64,000 bases of DNA from Macrostomum lignano. Lineage: Eukaryota. The position numbers and the translations under genes were made by a program. Of the stretch, positions 21,884-36,000 are shown piece after piece. Where the stretch lies: positions 186,001 through 250,000 of the forward strand of contig NIVC01000337.1 in assembly GCA_002269645.1 (NCBI GenBank). The letters are read 5' to 3'. Position 1 is the first letter of the stretch. Every line of letters starts with the position of its first letter. The notes beneath the pieces are model-generated. The model made no database searches and had not been told where the DNA came from. It worked only from the letters and a program-made list of their open reading frames with translations.

Positions 21884-24800
21884 CGCTCAGGTCTAATATA
21901 GTGTGGCGATGCAGTGCAGATCTCCAGTCGGTGTGGGTAGAATTACACGGCTTGTTGCCTGGCTATTCAATGTGGAATCTGGAAGTTATCTGGAAGATTT
22001 CTGCGGGCCTGCTAACCCTAAATCTCTTCGTCTTTATAACAATCTTTACTTTGCTATTTAGGTTGATAGAAGACTAGGCCAAGGCAAAATATACGGGCTG
22101 TAATCTATTTCAATACGAAAATCGCAACCGACAGTCTGGGCCGGAGCCTCGCTCGACACGCGCGCTTTTCGCTTTTTTATTAGCTCGTATTAACGGGAGC
22201 GGCGAGACTAGGAATATAATAGAAACAGGGACAAGGCGGATTAGGCACGACTGGGGCTGGGGCAGGATAGGCAATGACTTTTAATTTCAGTTAGAGGAGG
22301 AGGCCGGGCGCCCTGAGTTTGGGGGGTGGGGCTGTCGCCTCTCTTTAGGCCCCGCTCTTGTCTGGCCAATAAAGAGCCAACACCCCTGCAATTACGAACC
22401 CACCACCTCAACAAACCTTGCTAAGGAGAAAGGGGGGCTGGCTGGGCATCCAGTAAAACATGTGTTAAAAGGGAAGGTGGAATGGCCGGAGGGGGTTTAG
22501 TCAAACTTTCGCCCCCCCACCCTGAAATAACTGCGACACCCCCAGTGGGCCGAGCACCCACCAGTCCCGCCAACTCATCGTGTAGGGAGGGGGTTTGTTT
22601 GGGGTTTTCCTTTGCTTCATTGCTCCAGGCGGACCAGCCCGGGCCACGGGCCAGTTCGTTTCCGAAAAATAGCTTGGCAAGAATAGATAGGCGGAGAAGC
22701 CATGCTGTCTGCACAGAATTCTCGATAATTTCGGAATAGCCGAACCAATGTTGACAATCTTGGTCTCATTTTAAAGCTGAATAAATTCTTCACAACTGAC
22801 ACGAGTTTCGTTGGAAACTTTTAACTTTATTTGTTGAAATTTATAACTTTTTTGTTTAAATTAAGTCCGCTTTTAAATGACGTCAATTTCCGTGAAGTTG
22901 GCTGACAGCACAGGAACCGTTCTTTTAGTTTAAACTTTAAACGCGTCCAAATTGTGTTCAGTGTGTATATTTTGTTCGTTTCAGTTTTCTCTTTAAATTA
23001 AGTGGAGAGAGGCTTCTGCTCGTTTTATTGAGGGGCGAAAATTTACTCTTTGCTAATAATAAGCTAGCGTAAAAAGGGACCGTCCCCTCCCAGCCGGAGC
23101 TCGTACAGACAAAAATTGAGAGTTTAAGGACCGAGAGTTGAGGCAAGACCCCCAAGTCAAACCAACGCCCCCCCCCCACACACACACTGTTGCCCCACTC
23201 CAATCCTCTTCTCCCACTTGAGTTAAAAATTCTTGGAATTATTTGATCAAAGATCTGCCCCCCCGTGCACCCAGCCCGTTCATGCATCGAGCGGGCGGGG
23301 GGGGGGGGCTGCCTGAGTCTACATTGAAATCAACCGAACGAACTGACTAATAACGGAACAAGGCGGGTAGAGCAGACCCCCGACCCGTGTTTAGTTGGTC
23401 CACAGTGCACAAACATTACCGGTCTGGGGCTGTCTGTGGGGGGTCCAGCTAATTTCGTACCGCAGAGAGAAATATGGGCATACCTTTCACTTCAGCCTAT
23501 GCCCAAAGTTTGCCAACCTGTCAAAAAAGCCCAACTCAACCATCAAGAGGTTTGCTTTTGGTGGTTTGGTGGTGACATATCACTTTCAAAAATGGCATGC
23601 GTAATTTAGGGTGCGGTTTGTGCATTCGAGATCCGAGAATTAATAGCTTAGTATAACTGAAAGTTGAGATTTTAATTACATAAACTTTTCGATTAAATAG
23701 AAATAATAAAACAGCGAAGTTTTTAAAACTTTGACTCATTTTTAGTCGTTTCTGGTTGTTAGGTTGATGAATTCAAATTAGATTTAAACTGACGCATTTC
23801 CTAGAAACTAACGACGACCCTACACTTTCTATATTAATTTCGAATTCTATATATATTCAACGGAAATCGCAAAGTAAATTTTTATCCGGATTGCTTCTAA
23901 GCTTTCAAGTACTTTGCAATTAAGGCTCTGAAACGGTACATTTCAAACCATAGGTGCATGGGTTTCTGCTCGATTTTTTACGACTGAAAGTAAAAGCGGA
24001 ATCCATTCCAAAATGCGCCCCCTCTCCAAAGCCGAGCTACTTCTTTTTCATTGCCCCCACATGAATTTGCGCAGCGCGTCCGTCTGAAATTTGAATTCTG
24101 CAGCCAGCAAAAACTATCTTTGCGCGCGGCAAAATCCATAATCCACGACCCCAAGTCTCAGATTCGGGTCGGTTCCATGCGGCCGAGAGAAGCGCATTGA
24201 GGTGGGGGTTTATAGAAATCGAACACTCCGTGGGTAGCAACACCTGATGCAATATTGTCTGCGGGCAAGTGGCATCATTTTCCTTTTTAGCTTTCACTTC
24301 TGTTATATTGTACGGATGACGGAAAAGATCAAAATCGACCTTACAGACGCTTCGGTAGTTGCACCTGTGTGCACCTTACTGCCTTCCTTTGCCTGGATTC
24401 AACCAGGTAGGTATAAACTATAAATGCATGTAGAAGCTTGTAAATAGTTCCATTATCTTCTTAAAAGCATTAAAACTGCAGATCTGCAGCAGTTCATGAC
24501 CAGCGGTTACTATAGTACTACTATAGTACTACTTATGTCTGCTCTGAAATGTCAGCACCAAGTTTCCTAATGGGTAATTCTTGAGAAAAATAACTTGTCA
24601 ATCAAAGTGATTGCGTGGGCAATTGTCGAGCTGTGATTGTCGAGATAGAATCAGTTGTGACTGAATTTTGTCTATTATATAGTTTATCAAATACCTGACG
24701 GATCAGACTGCAGGATTATGCCTGACTCACCTAGGCCAGGCAGTTCCTATATCACAGAGTCATCATATCAGCATCCCGAAACGCATGCTGCAGCTTCAGC

Positions 24801-25469
24801 CCCCCTTCCATGCAGCACCTGCACCCTGCCATGACAGCGGGCATGGTAACCTAGCATCGATGTCAAGTATTTGCTTCAACTCTCTAAGGAATTCGAGCAT
24901 CTATACAATAATTTTCGTCGATTTTGGTATTGAAGCATAAACAATAATTTTTCGAATGCATATACCGGTATATATATGGTGAGTCAGCCTTGGCCCCGCG
25001 TGCGTGTCTGCCATGCAGTGCCTGACCCGTCAGTGTGCAGCACCTGCGTTGTCATTCGACACTGCGCAGAATACTGGAAGAATTGTGAATTTCGCAGCGA
25101 GCAAACATTCACCAGAGTCAGTATTGTGCGCGCAGTTTAGTGAGGGCAAGGAAATATATGAAATAATTAATCCTAATTAAATCTCCTTTATGAGCTAGGG
25201 CAGCAGGTCACGCTTTTCAAGTCCAAGATTTAAGACCCCACTGAGCTCGTGATTGTAGCGCGTGATCAACACAATGGGAGACCAGTGGGGCTCACATTTG
25301 TTATTAACTTCTTAGAAATCATTGTAAAAATTTAATGTAGTGAAGAAATTTATTAAAACATTTCTTTCTGATTTATTGAGGTTTTGAAAAAAAAACCTGA
25401 AAGACACTGCAGGAATTGAAGACTGCAGACTGCAGGAATACTACCTTCGACATTGTAGAGCGAACCGAC

Positions 25470-25982
25470 CTGTCACTGTAGGGTGACCCCTCCTGTCACT
25501 GTAAAATGACCCTTCCTGTCATTGCAGGATGACCCCCTCCATTCCGCTGTAGGATGACCCCCTCCATTCCACTGTAGGATGACCCCCTCCATTCCGCTGT
25601 AGGATGACCCCCTCTATTCCACTGTAGGGTGACCCCCTCCATTCCACTGTAGGGTGACCCCCTCCATTCCACTGTAGGGTGACCCCCTCCATTCCACTGT
25701 AGGGTGACCCCCTCCATTCCACTGTAGGGTGACCCCCTCCATTCCACTGTAGGGTGACCCCCTCCATTCCACTGTAGGGTGACCCCTCCATTCCACTGTA
25801 GGGTGACTTCCTCCATTCCACTGTAGGGTGACCCCCTCCATTCCACTGTAGGGTGACCCCCTCATTCCACTGTAGGGTGACCCCCTCCATTCCACTGTAG
25901 GGTGACCCCTCCATTCCACTGTAGGGTGACCCCCTCCATTCCACTGTAGGGTGACCCCCTCCATTCCACTGTAGGGTGACCT
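25470..25982. repeat. Minisatellite, 25-bp unit CCATTCCACTGTAGGGTGACCCCCT, about 20 copies
   Basis: Direct periodicity. Confidence 0.95.
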
Positions 25983-26921
25983 GCCTGCCACTTTGACACG
26001 ATCGGCTTGCATTCTCAGCGTTCAATGCTCATAAGCACACGTGACACGACAAGACAGTTTGGGAGTTCTGTATACATTGTACTTATTTCCGGGTACCTGC
26101 ATTTCCCTCTTTTTAGTCTCTAATCACGCGCTGCATGGTTTCTGCATCGAGGCGAGTGAGCAGTTCGTCAATCAGCCAGGTGTCTCGTTACCACAGAGCG
26201 ATCGGAGAGAATTTGAAGCCGAATTTGCTACGAGCGCACTGCAGAGATTATGGACTGAGATGCCGTCCCATCTGCTTTCCCTTTCCCCCGCAGATCTCGT
26301 GTTGCGCAGGGATGACGGCCTGAAGGAGGGGAGGACAACTTCCTTTCTGTTTTATGGCTGTGAAAGGAATTGTGAAAGCTGCTCTCGAGAGCGGGACGCT
26401 GTCGGGGACTCAAAGCAGAAGCTGCGGACGCAAAACGAGCGAAAGATTATGAAGAAGAAGAAGCAGACAGAAAGACAGGCAGACTGCAGACGGGTGCGTG
26501 GATAGAAGGAAGAGGAGACGCGGGTGGGCAACTCGAGGAAATCGCGAGGCTTCTATCCTAGCTTTGAAAGCCGCATCTGCACTCGCATGCAGTGTTTCTA
26601 GTAGGTACACAGGCGGGCCTTCTCAGCTCAAGGTGGAAAGTGCGGCCCTCCTAGCTCTGTGCGAGGCCGTATGCGCGCTAAGCTGACAAAGGCAGCCCGA
26701 AGGGGAGCCCTGATTTTAGTTCTTACTCTGATGCTGAGTCCTGCCCTGCACTGTGAGGCTCTATTTCACTCCCACGGCTCGCTTATTAAATGTAGTCTTT
26801 ATGTTGTACAGTTGCTGCAGGGCAGCGGGGTCAATCTTGAGCAAAACAACACAAGTTTTCAGCAGTTTATATGGTCTGGACTTTCGTAAAGTTATAAAAG
26901 CTTAAGGTAAAAGAGAGAGAG

Positions 26922-28437
26922 GGAGATTATGAAACAGCGAGATTATGAAGCAGGGAGATTATGAAACAGGGAGATTTAGAAAAAGAGAAATTATGAAACA
27001 GCAAGATTATTAAACAGGAAGATTATGAAGCAGGGAGATTATGAAACGGGGAGATTATGAAACAGCTGGAGATTGTGAAGCAGGGAGATTATGAAACAGG
27101 GAGATTAAGAAACAGGGAGATTATGAAACAGGGAGATTAAGAAAAAGCTGGAGATTATGAAACAGGAAGATTGTGAAACAGGGAGATTGTGAAACAGGGA
27201 GATTCTGAAACAGGGAGATTATGAAACAGGGAGATTATGAAACAGGGAGATTCTGAAACAGGAAGATTATGAAATAGGGAGATTATGAAACATAGAGATT
27301 ATGAAACAGGGAGATTATGAAACAAGGAGATTATGAAACAGGGAGATTCTGAAACAGGAGATTATGAAACAGGGAAATTAAGAAACAGGAGATTATGAAA
27401 CAGGGAGATTAAGAAACAGGAGATTATGAAACAGGGAGATTAAGAAACAGGAGATTATGAAACAGGGAGATTAAGAAAAAGCTGGAGATTATGAAACAGG
27501 AAGATTGTGAAACAGGGAGATTGTGAAACAGGGAGATTCTGAAACAGGGAGATTATGAAACAGGGAGATTATGAAACAGGGAGATTCTGAAACAGGAAGA
27601 TTATGAAATAGGGAGATTATGAAACATAGAGATTATGAAACAGGGAGATTATGAAACAAGGAGATTATGAAACAGGGAGATTCTGAAACAGGAGATTATG
27701 AAACAGGGAAATTAAGAAACAGGAGATTATGAAACAGGGAGATTAAGAAACAGGAGATTATGAAACAGGGAGATTAAGAAACAGGAGATTATGAAACAGG
27801 GAGATTAAGAAAAAGCTGGAGATTATGAAACAGGAAGATTGTGAAACAGGGAGATTGTGAAACAGGGAGATTCTGAAACAGGGAGATTATGAAACAGGGA
27901 GATTATGAAACAGGGAGATTCTGAAACAGGGAGATTATGAAATAGGGAGATTATGAAACATAGAGATTATGAAACAGGGAGATTATGAAACAAGGAGATT
28001 ATGAAACAGGGAGATTAAGAAACAGGAGATTATGAAACAGGGAGATTCTGAAACAGGGAGATTATGAAATAGGGAGATTATGAAACATAGAGATTATGAA
28101 ACAGGGAGATTATGAAACAAGGAGATTATGAAACAGGGAGATTAAGAAACAGGAGATTATGAAACAGAGAGATTAAGAAACAGGAGATTATGAAACAGGG
28201 AGATTAATAAACAGGAGATTGTGAAACAGGGAGATTAAGAAACAGGGAGATTATAAAACAGAGAGATTAAGAAACAGGAGATTGTGAAACAGAGAGATTA
28301 AGAAACAGGAGATTATGAAACAGAGAGATTAAGAAACAGGGAGATTATGAAACAGAGAGATTAAGAAACAGGGAGATTATGAAACAGAGAGATTAAGAAA
28401 CAGGAGATTATGAATCAGGGAGATTATGAAACAGGGA
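26922..28437. repeat. Minisatellite, 15/16-bp unit (G)GGAGATTATGAAACA with a 334-bp higher-order repeat
   Basis: The marker variant GAAAAAGCTGG recurs with its GCTGG at 27147, 27481 and 27815. Confidence 0.95.
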
Positions 28438-28869
28438 GGAATATTACGAGCTGGAGGCAGATCAAGAAGAAAGCCAACGAAGTAAGATACTGAGGGAAAG
28501 AAGCAGTTGGGCAAATCCTTTTCCAACCAAGCGAAAGTGAAAAGAGTTTTATCTTCGAATTAAAAGTTGCGAGCCAGCCTTAACGAAGTTCGAACCGGTT
28601 GTATCAAAATTGTCTCCACTTTCCTGTCGATTTTGCGTTTTAAAATTCGTTTCGACACGAACTGGGCCCGAGCGAGCAGTCATCGGGCTTTGCGAAAGTA
28701 CCGATCTCTGCTTTTTATTGCCAGCAGGCTGCGCGCATCTTTTATTCTCCTTTCTTGACTTCTGCTTTCGCTTGCTTCCGCTAACTGGGTGCGTTGCTTG
28801 CTTGTGCAGCATCGTGCTTGGCATAATTTCAGCAGTGCCTCAGTGACTCATTCTGTATCACCCCGACTG

Positions 28870-30365
28870 AGGTGTTAATCCTGTGATACAGGTATTTATC
28901 GTGTGATTTAGGTGTTAATCCTGTGATTCAGGTGTTGATCCTGTGATTCAGGTGTTGATCCTGTGATTCAGGTGTTAATCATGTGATTCAGGTGTTAATC
29001 TTGTGATTCAGGTGCTAATCCTGTGATTCAGGTGTTGATCCTGTGATTCAGGTGTTAACTCTGTGATTCAGGTGCTAATCCTGTGATTCAGGTGTTAATT
29101 TATTCTGTGATTCAAGTGTTAACTCTGTGATTCAGGTGCTAATCCTGTGATTCAGGTGTTAATCCATTCTGTGATTCAAGTGTTAACTCTGTGATTCAGG
29201 TGCTAATCCTGTGATTCAGGTGTTGATCCTGTGATTCAGGTGTTAATCCTGTGATTCAGGTGTTGATCCTGTGATTCAGGTGTTAATCCATTCTGCGATT
29301 CAAGTGTTAATCCTGTGATTCAGGTGTTAATCCTGTGATTCAGGTGTTAATCTTGTGATTCAGGTGCTAATCCTGTGATTCAGGTGCTAATCCTGTGATT
29401 CAAGTGTTAATTCTGTGATTCAGGTGCTAATCCTGTGATTCAGGTGTTGATCCTGTGATTCAGGTGTTAATCCTGTGATTCAGGTGTTGATCCTGTGATT
29501 CAGGTGTTAATCCATTCTGCGATTCAAGTGTTAATCCTGTGATTCAGGTGTTGATCCTGTGATTCAGGTGTTAATCCATTCTGCGATTCAAGTGTTAATC
29601 CTGTGATTCAGGTGTTAATCTTGTGATTCAGGTGCTAATCCTGTGATTCAGGTGTTAATCCATTCTGTGATTCAAGTGTTAATTCTGTGGTTCAGGTGCT
29701 AATCCTGTGATTCAGGTGTTGATCCTGTGATTCAGGTGTTAATCCTGTGATTCAGGTGCTAATCCTGTGGTTCAGGTGCTAATCCTGTGATTCAGGTGTT
29801 GATCCTGTGATTCAGGTGTTGATCCTGTGGTTCAGGTGTTAATCTTGTGGTTCAGGTGCTAATCCTGTGATTCAGGTGTTAATCCTGTGATTCAGGTGCT
29901 AATCCTGTGGTTCAGGTGCTAATCCTGTGATTCAAGTGTTAATCCATTCTGTGATTCAATTGTTAATTCTGTGATTCAGGTGTTAATCCATTCTGTGATT
30001 CAAGTGTTAATCCTGTGATTCAGGTGTTAATCCATTCTGTGATTCAATTGTTAATTCTGTGATTCAGGTGTTAATCCATTCTGTGATTCAAGTGTTAATC
30101 CTGTGATTCAGGTGTTAATCCTGTGATTCAGGTGCTAATCCATTCTGTGATTCAGGTGTTAATCCTGTGATTCAGGTGCTAATCCATTCTGTGATTCAGG
30201 TGTTAATCCTGTGATTCAGGTGTTGATTCTGTGATTCAGGTGTTAATCCATTCTGCGATTCAAGTGTTAATCCTGTGATTCAGGTGTTGATCCTGTGATT
30301 CAGGTGTTGATCCTGTGATTCAGGTGTTAATCCTGTGATTCAGGTGTTAATCTTGTGATTCAGGT
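28870..30365. repeat. Minisatellite, 20-bp unit GTGATTCAGGTGTTAATCCT with 24-bp variants
   Basis: Direct periodicity. Confidence 0.95.
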
Positions 30366-30744
30366 GTACAGTACATTCATTTTAAAGTTCATCGTGAATT
30401 CTATCCACTCAACGGAAGTGTTTGTACCATCATGGAATGTCATTAAAGGCCACCCTGAAATTATGAAATCGCTTTGTCTGGAAGCAGAAATCTTCATCAA
30501 TCAATTTCACTTAAATCTTAATGGCCTGCACTGCCTGCAGATCAGGTTGTAACGCAATTTTATCTGAATTAAAAAATGCATTAAACTGCTTTTGTTTAAC
30601 TGCCACTTGAACCCTTTTTTGTCTGTACGATTTTTATGGATTTACTACTGCTTGATAGTAGTATGTGAAAGTAGTATTTTCACCTTTTATTGACTTTTTT
30701 AATTAAAAGATGTCAGGACATCGTGGTGGCAGATGACAATTGAA

Positions 30745-31215
30745 CCTGGGGTATCAGATGGCAAGACTCTGGGGTGTCAGATGTCGAGACTCTGGGGTGT
30801 CAGATGGAAAGACTCTGGGGTGTCAGATGGAAAGACTCTGGGGTGTCAGATGGAAAGACTCTGAGGTGTTAGATGGCAGGACTCTGGGGTGTGAGATGGC
30901 AAGACTCTGGGGTGTGAGATGTCGAGACTCTGGGGTGTGAGATGGCAAGACTCTGGGGTGTGAGATGTCGAGACTCTGGGGTGTGAGATGTCGAGACTCT
31001 GGGGTGTGAGATGCCAAGACTCTGAGGTGTGAGATGGCGAGACTCTGGGGTGTGAGATGTCGAGACTCTGGGGTGTGAGATGCCAAGACCCTGGGGTGTG
31101 AGATGGCGAGACTCTGGGGTGTGAGATGTCGAGACTCTGGGGTGTGAGATGCCAAGACCCTGGGGTGTGAGATGGCAAGACCCTGGGGTGTGACATGGCA
31201 GGACTCTGGGTGTCA
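30745..31215. repeat. Minisatellite, 23-bp unit GAGACTCTGGGGTGTGAGATGTC, about 20 copies
   Basis: Direct periodicity. Confidence 0.95.
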
Positions 31216-31574
31216 AATATGGGGGCATCGGGGAGGCCATCTCAGCAGTCTCAGCTCCAGAGTACATATAGTATTACATCTCCATTACAAATATGCGTTG
31301 AGCGGCATGCACAATTGCTGTTGTTAGTGCTCAGTTTTTTCATAACTAAATGGAACACAAGCCACTCTAGAAATGAAGCAAATTGAATTGCGCAGACTGT
31401 CAAGCAAGCCCACAGAAGAGTGTGGAAATTTACCTCAGCGACCCGACTGATTGATAAACTGCATGCAGGTGCAGAGACCGAAGGTGAAATTTTGAGTACG
31501 AATCCAATACCTGAGTTGGACTCGAAAGATAAGGTAAAAAGCAGAAAAAATACTAAAGAAGACGGCAGAGAATA

Positions 31575-32735
31575 GGCTGTATAGAATAGACGGTACAAAA
31601 TGGACAGTACAGAATGGACAGTACAGAATTGACAGTACAGTATAGACGGTACAAAATGGACAGTACAGAATGGACAGTACAGAATTGACAGTACAGTATA
31701 GACGGTACAAAATGGACAGTACAGAATGGACAGTACAGAATTGACAGTACAGTATAGACGGTACAAAATGGACAGTACAGAATGGACAGTACAGAATTGA
31801 CAGTACAGTATAGACGGTACAAAATGGACAGTACAGAATGGACAGTACAGAATTGACAGTACAGTATAGACGGTACAAAATGGACAGTACAGAATGGACA
31901 GTACAGAATGGACAGTACGAAATGGACAGTAAAGAATGGACAGTACAGAAGGGACAGTACAAAATGGACAGTACAGAATGGACAGTACAGAAGGGACAGT
32001 ACAAAATGGACAGTACAGAATGGACAGTACAGAAGGGACAGTACAAAATGGACAGTACAGAATGGACAGTACAGAATTGACAGTACAGAATGGACAGTAC
32101 AGAATGGACAGTACAGAATTGACAGTACAGAATGGACAGTAAAGAATTGACAGTGGACAGTACAGAATGGACAGTACAGAATGGACAGTACAGAATGGAC
32201 AGTACAGAATTGACAGTACAGAATTGACAGTACAGAATTGACAGTACAGAATTGACAGTACAGAATAGGCTGTACAGAATTGACAGTACAGAATGGACAG
32301 TACAGAATTGACAGTACAGAATGGACAGTACAGAATAGGCTGTACAGAATTGACAGTACAGAATGGACAGTACAGAATGGACAGTGCGGAATAGACAGTA
32401 CAGAATGGACAGTACAGAATGGACAGTACAGAATAGACAGTACAGAATTGACAGTACAGAATGGACAGTACAGAATTGACAGTACAGAATGGACAGTACA
32501 GAATGGACAGTACAGAATTGACAGTACAGAATTGACGGTACAGAATTGACAGTACAGAATTGACAGTACAGAATGGACAGTACAGAATGGACAGTACAGA
32601 ATGGACAGTACAGAATGGAGAGTACAGAATTGACAGTACAGAATTGACAGTACAGAATGGACAGTACAGAATGGACAGTACAGAATGGACAGTACAGAAT
32701 TGACAGTACAGAATGGACAGTACAGTATATACAGT
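31575..32735. repeat. Minisatellite, 14-bp unit GACAGTACAGAAT(G/T), about 80 copies
   Basis: Direct periodicity; 56-bp higher-order blocks at the left end. Confidence 0.95.
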
Positions 32736-33089
32736 ACAGAACAGTCAGCCCGAAATGCAGTTAACCATTAAATTTAGTCGTTCAACCAGCCAACTTCAAG
32801 AGCAACCAGAAGACATGCAAATAACCAGCCATTATCTCTCTTGTGCATGTATACATTTTTCACATGTACATTGCCTACACTGTCCATTATCTTTCTCTCC
32901 AAGCGGTGTACATTCAAGCCTGCCTGCCCTGTTTGCAAGTGTAATAGGCAAGTACTTTGCTGTTAAGGCGCTGGCAGGCTCCTAAAACTATCTGTGTTAA
33001 TAAGACCTGGTAGCTTGAAGACACTGAAAAAAGCAAAATTTAACGGCTGTGATTTTCTGTCCTTGAACTTCGGCAAATTATCGAAAGCA

Positions 33090-36000
33090 ATGGAAAAATT
33101 TCTTGGAAAATGGAAGTCCACTAAGGTGGAGAACTTTGACAACTTCATGAAGGCGATGGGTGCGTTACTATACTCATTTTGAGAAGCTGTTTCCAGCAAA
33201 AGTACACCAGATAGGAGGCTTTTAGCAAAATGATATTTCTCCATATTAGATAAACATGTCGGAAGGTAGAGAGAAGTAGACAATGATCGGGAGAGACGGA
33301 CGGACGAAGATGGAGGAAAACTAGACATTGAGAGAAGCAGACAGATTGAGAGAAGTAGACACGAATTGAGAGAGGTAAACAGAGATTTATAGAAGTAGAC
33401 AAAAATTAAGAGAAGATAAGAATTGGGAGAGGTAGACACGGATTGAGCGGTAGACATGTTTTGAGAGAAGTAGACACGAATTGAGAGAAGTAGACACGGA
33501 TTGAGCGGTAGACATGTTTTGAGAGAAGTAGATACGAATTGAGAGAGGTAGACACGGATTGAGAGAAGTAGACACGGATTGAGAGAGGTAGACACGGATT
33601 GAGAGAAGTAGACACGGATTGAGCGGTAGACATGTTTTGAGAGAAGTAGATACGGATTGAGAGAGGTAGACACGGATTGAGAGAAGTAGACACGAATTGA
33701 GAGAGGTAGACACGGATTGAGAGGTAGACATGTTTTGAGAGAAGTAGACACGAATTGAGAGAAGTAGACACGGATTGAGCGGTAGACATGTTTTGAGAGA
33801 AGTAGATACGGATTGAGAGAGGTAGACACGGATTGAGAGAAGTAGACACGGATTGAGCGGTAGACATGTTTTGAGAGAAGTAGATACGAATTGAGAGAGG
33901 TAAACAGAGATTTATAGAAGTAGACAAAAATTAAGAGAAGATAAGAATTGGGAGAGGTAGACACGGATTGAGAGGTAGACATGTTTTGAGAGAAGTAGAC
34001 ACGAATTGAGAGAAGTAGACACGGATTGAGCGGTAGACATGTTTTGAGAGAAGTAGATACGGATTGAGAGAGGTAGACACGGATTGAGAGAAGTAGACAC
34101 GGATTGAGCGGTAGACATGTTTTGAGAGAAGTAGATACGGATTGAGAGAGGTAGACACGGATTGAGAGAAGTAGACACGAATTGAGAGAGGTAGACACGG
34201 ATTGAGAGGTAGACATGTTTTGAGAGAAGTAGATACGGATTGAGAGAGGTAGACACGGATTGAGAGAAGTAGACACGGATTGAGCGGTAGACATGTTTTG
34301 AGAGAAGTAGATACGAATTGAGAGAGGTAAACAGAGATTTATAGAAGTAGACAAAAATTAAGAGAAGATAAGAATTGGGAGAGGTAGACACGGATTGAGC
34401 GGTAGACATGTTTTGAGAGAAGTAGACACGAATTGAGAGAAGTAGACACGGATTGAGCGGTAGACATGTTTTGAGAGAAGTAGATACGGATTGAGAGAGG
34501 TAGACACGGATTGAGAGAAGTAGACACGGATTGAGCGGTAGACATGTTTTGAGAGAAGTAGATACGGATTGAGAGAGGTAGACACGGATTGAGAGAAGTA
34601 GACACGAATTGAGAGAGGTAGACACGGATTGAGAGGTAGACATGTTTTGAGAGAAGTAGACACGAATTGAGAGAAGTAGACACGGATTGAGCGGTAGACA
34701 TGTTTTGAGAGAAGTAGATACGGATTGAGAGAGGTAGACACGGATTGAGAGAAGTAGACACGGATTGAGCGGTAGACATGTTTTGAGAGAAGTAGATACG
34801 GATTGAGAGAGGTAGACACGGATTGAGAGTAGACACGAACTGAGAGAGGTAAACACATTTATAGAAGTAGACAAAAATTAGGAGGAGTAGATAAGAATTG
34901 GGAGAGGTAGACACGGATTGAGCGGTAGACATGGATTGAGAGAAGTAGATACGGATTGAGAGATACGAATTGAGAAGTGAATGGTTAAGACTGCCACAAA
35001 TTGAGGCAACCTAGACCAAATCAATGGCCACCGTAACCTACTTGAAGTAGTCACTTAAGAGTAGAAATTATTTTGCAGATGTCGGCTTTATTTTGCGCAA
35101 AGCGGCCGCCATGGCAACCGTCTACCTGGACTACCAGAAAGCGGACGACGGCACCTGGATCATCGATTGGCAGCTCGCCTTCAAGAAAGGTCAAATCCGA
35201 TTCCAACTGGGACAGGAGATCGACGCTGTGTTGCCCGACGATAGGAGCGTTAGGGTGAGTTGCAGCAGTCCATCAGATTATAAATGCGCGCATGCTGGCT
35301 CCGCATTTGTGATTTGTTCCTCCTGTTTGGCTAGACTAGCAATCCATTCTACTCCTGCATCCATGATAGGCTAGATTAGCAATCCATTCTACTCCTGCAT
35401 CCATGATAGGCTAGACTAGCAATCCATTCTACTCCTGCATCCATGATAGGCTAGACTAGCAATCCATTCTACTCCTGCATCCATGATAGGCTAGATTAGC
35501 AATCCATTCTACTCCTGCATCCATGATAGGCTAGATTAGCAATCCATTCTACTCCTGCATCCATGATAGGCTAGATTAACAATCTATTCTACTCCTGCAT
35601 CCATGATAGGCTAGATTAGCAATCCATTCTATTCCTGCATCCATGATAGGCTAGATTAACAATCTATTCTACTCCTGCATCCATGATAGGCTAGATTAGC
35701 AATCCATTCTACTCCTGCATCCATGATAGGCTAGATTAGCAATCCATTCTATTCCTGCATCCATGATAGGCTAGATTAGCAATCCATTCTACTCCTGCAT
35801 CCATGATAGGCTAGATTAACAATCTATTCTACTCCTGCATCCATGATAGGCTAGATTAGCAATCCATTCTATTCCTGCATCCATGATAGGCTAGATTAGC
35901 AATCCATTCTATTCCTGCATCAATGATAGGCTAGATTAGCAATCTATTCTACTCCTGCATCCATGATAGGCTAGATTAGCAATCCATTCTATTCCTGCAT

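Noticed and set aside
22100-24290. GC-patchy segment that might be an LTR or DNA transposon
   Set aside because: I could not find paired termini, a target-site duplication or a coding motif.
32963-34932. Long S/L-rich minus-strand ORFs (up to 463 aa)
   Set aside because: Translations of the FABP intron 1 minisatellite; several frames are open at once.
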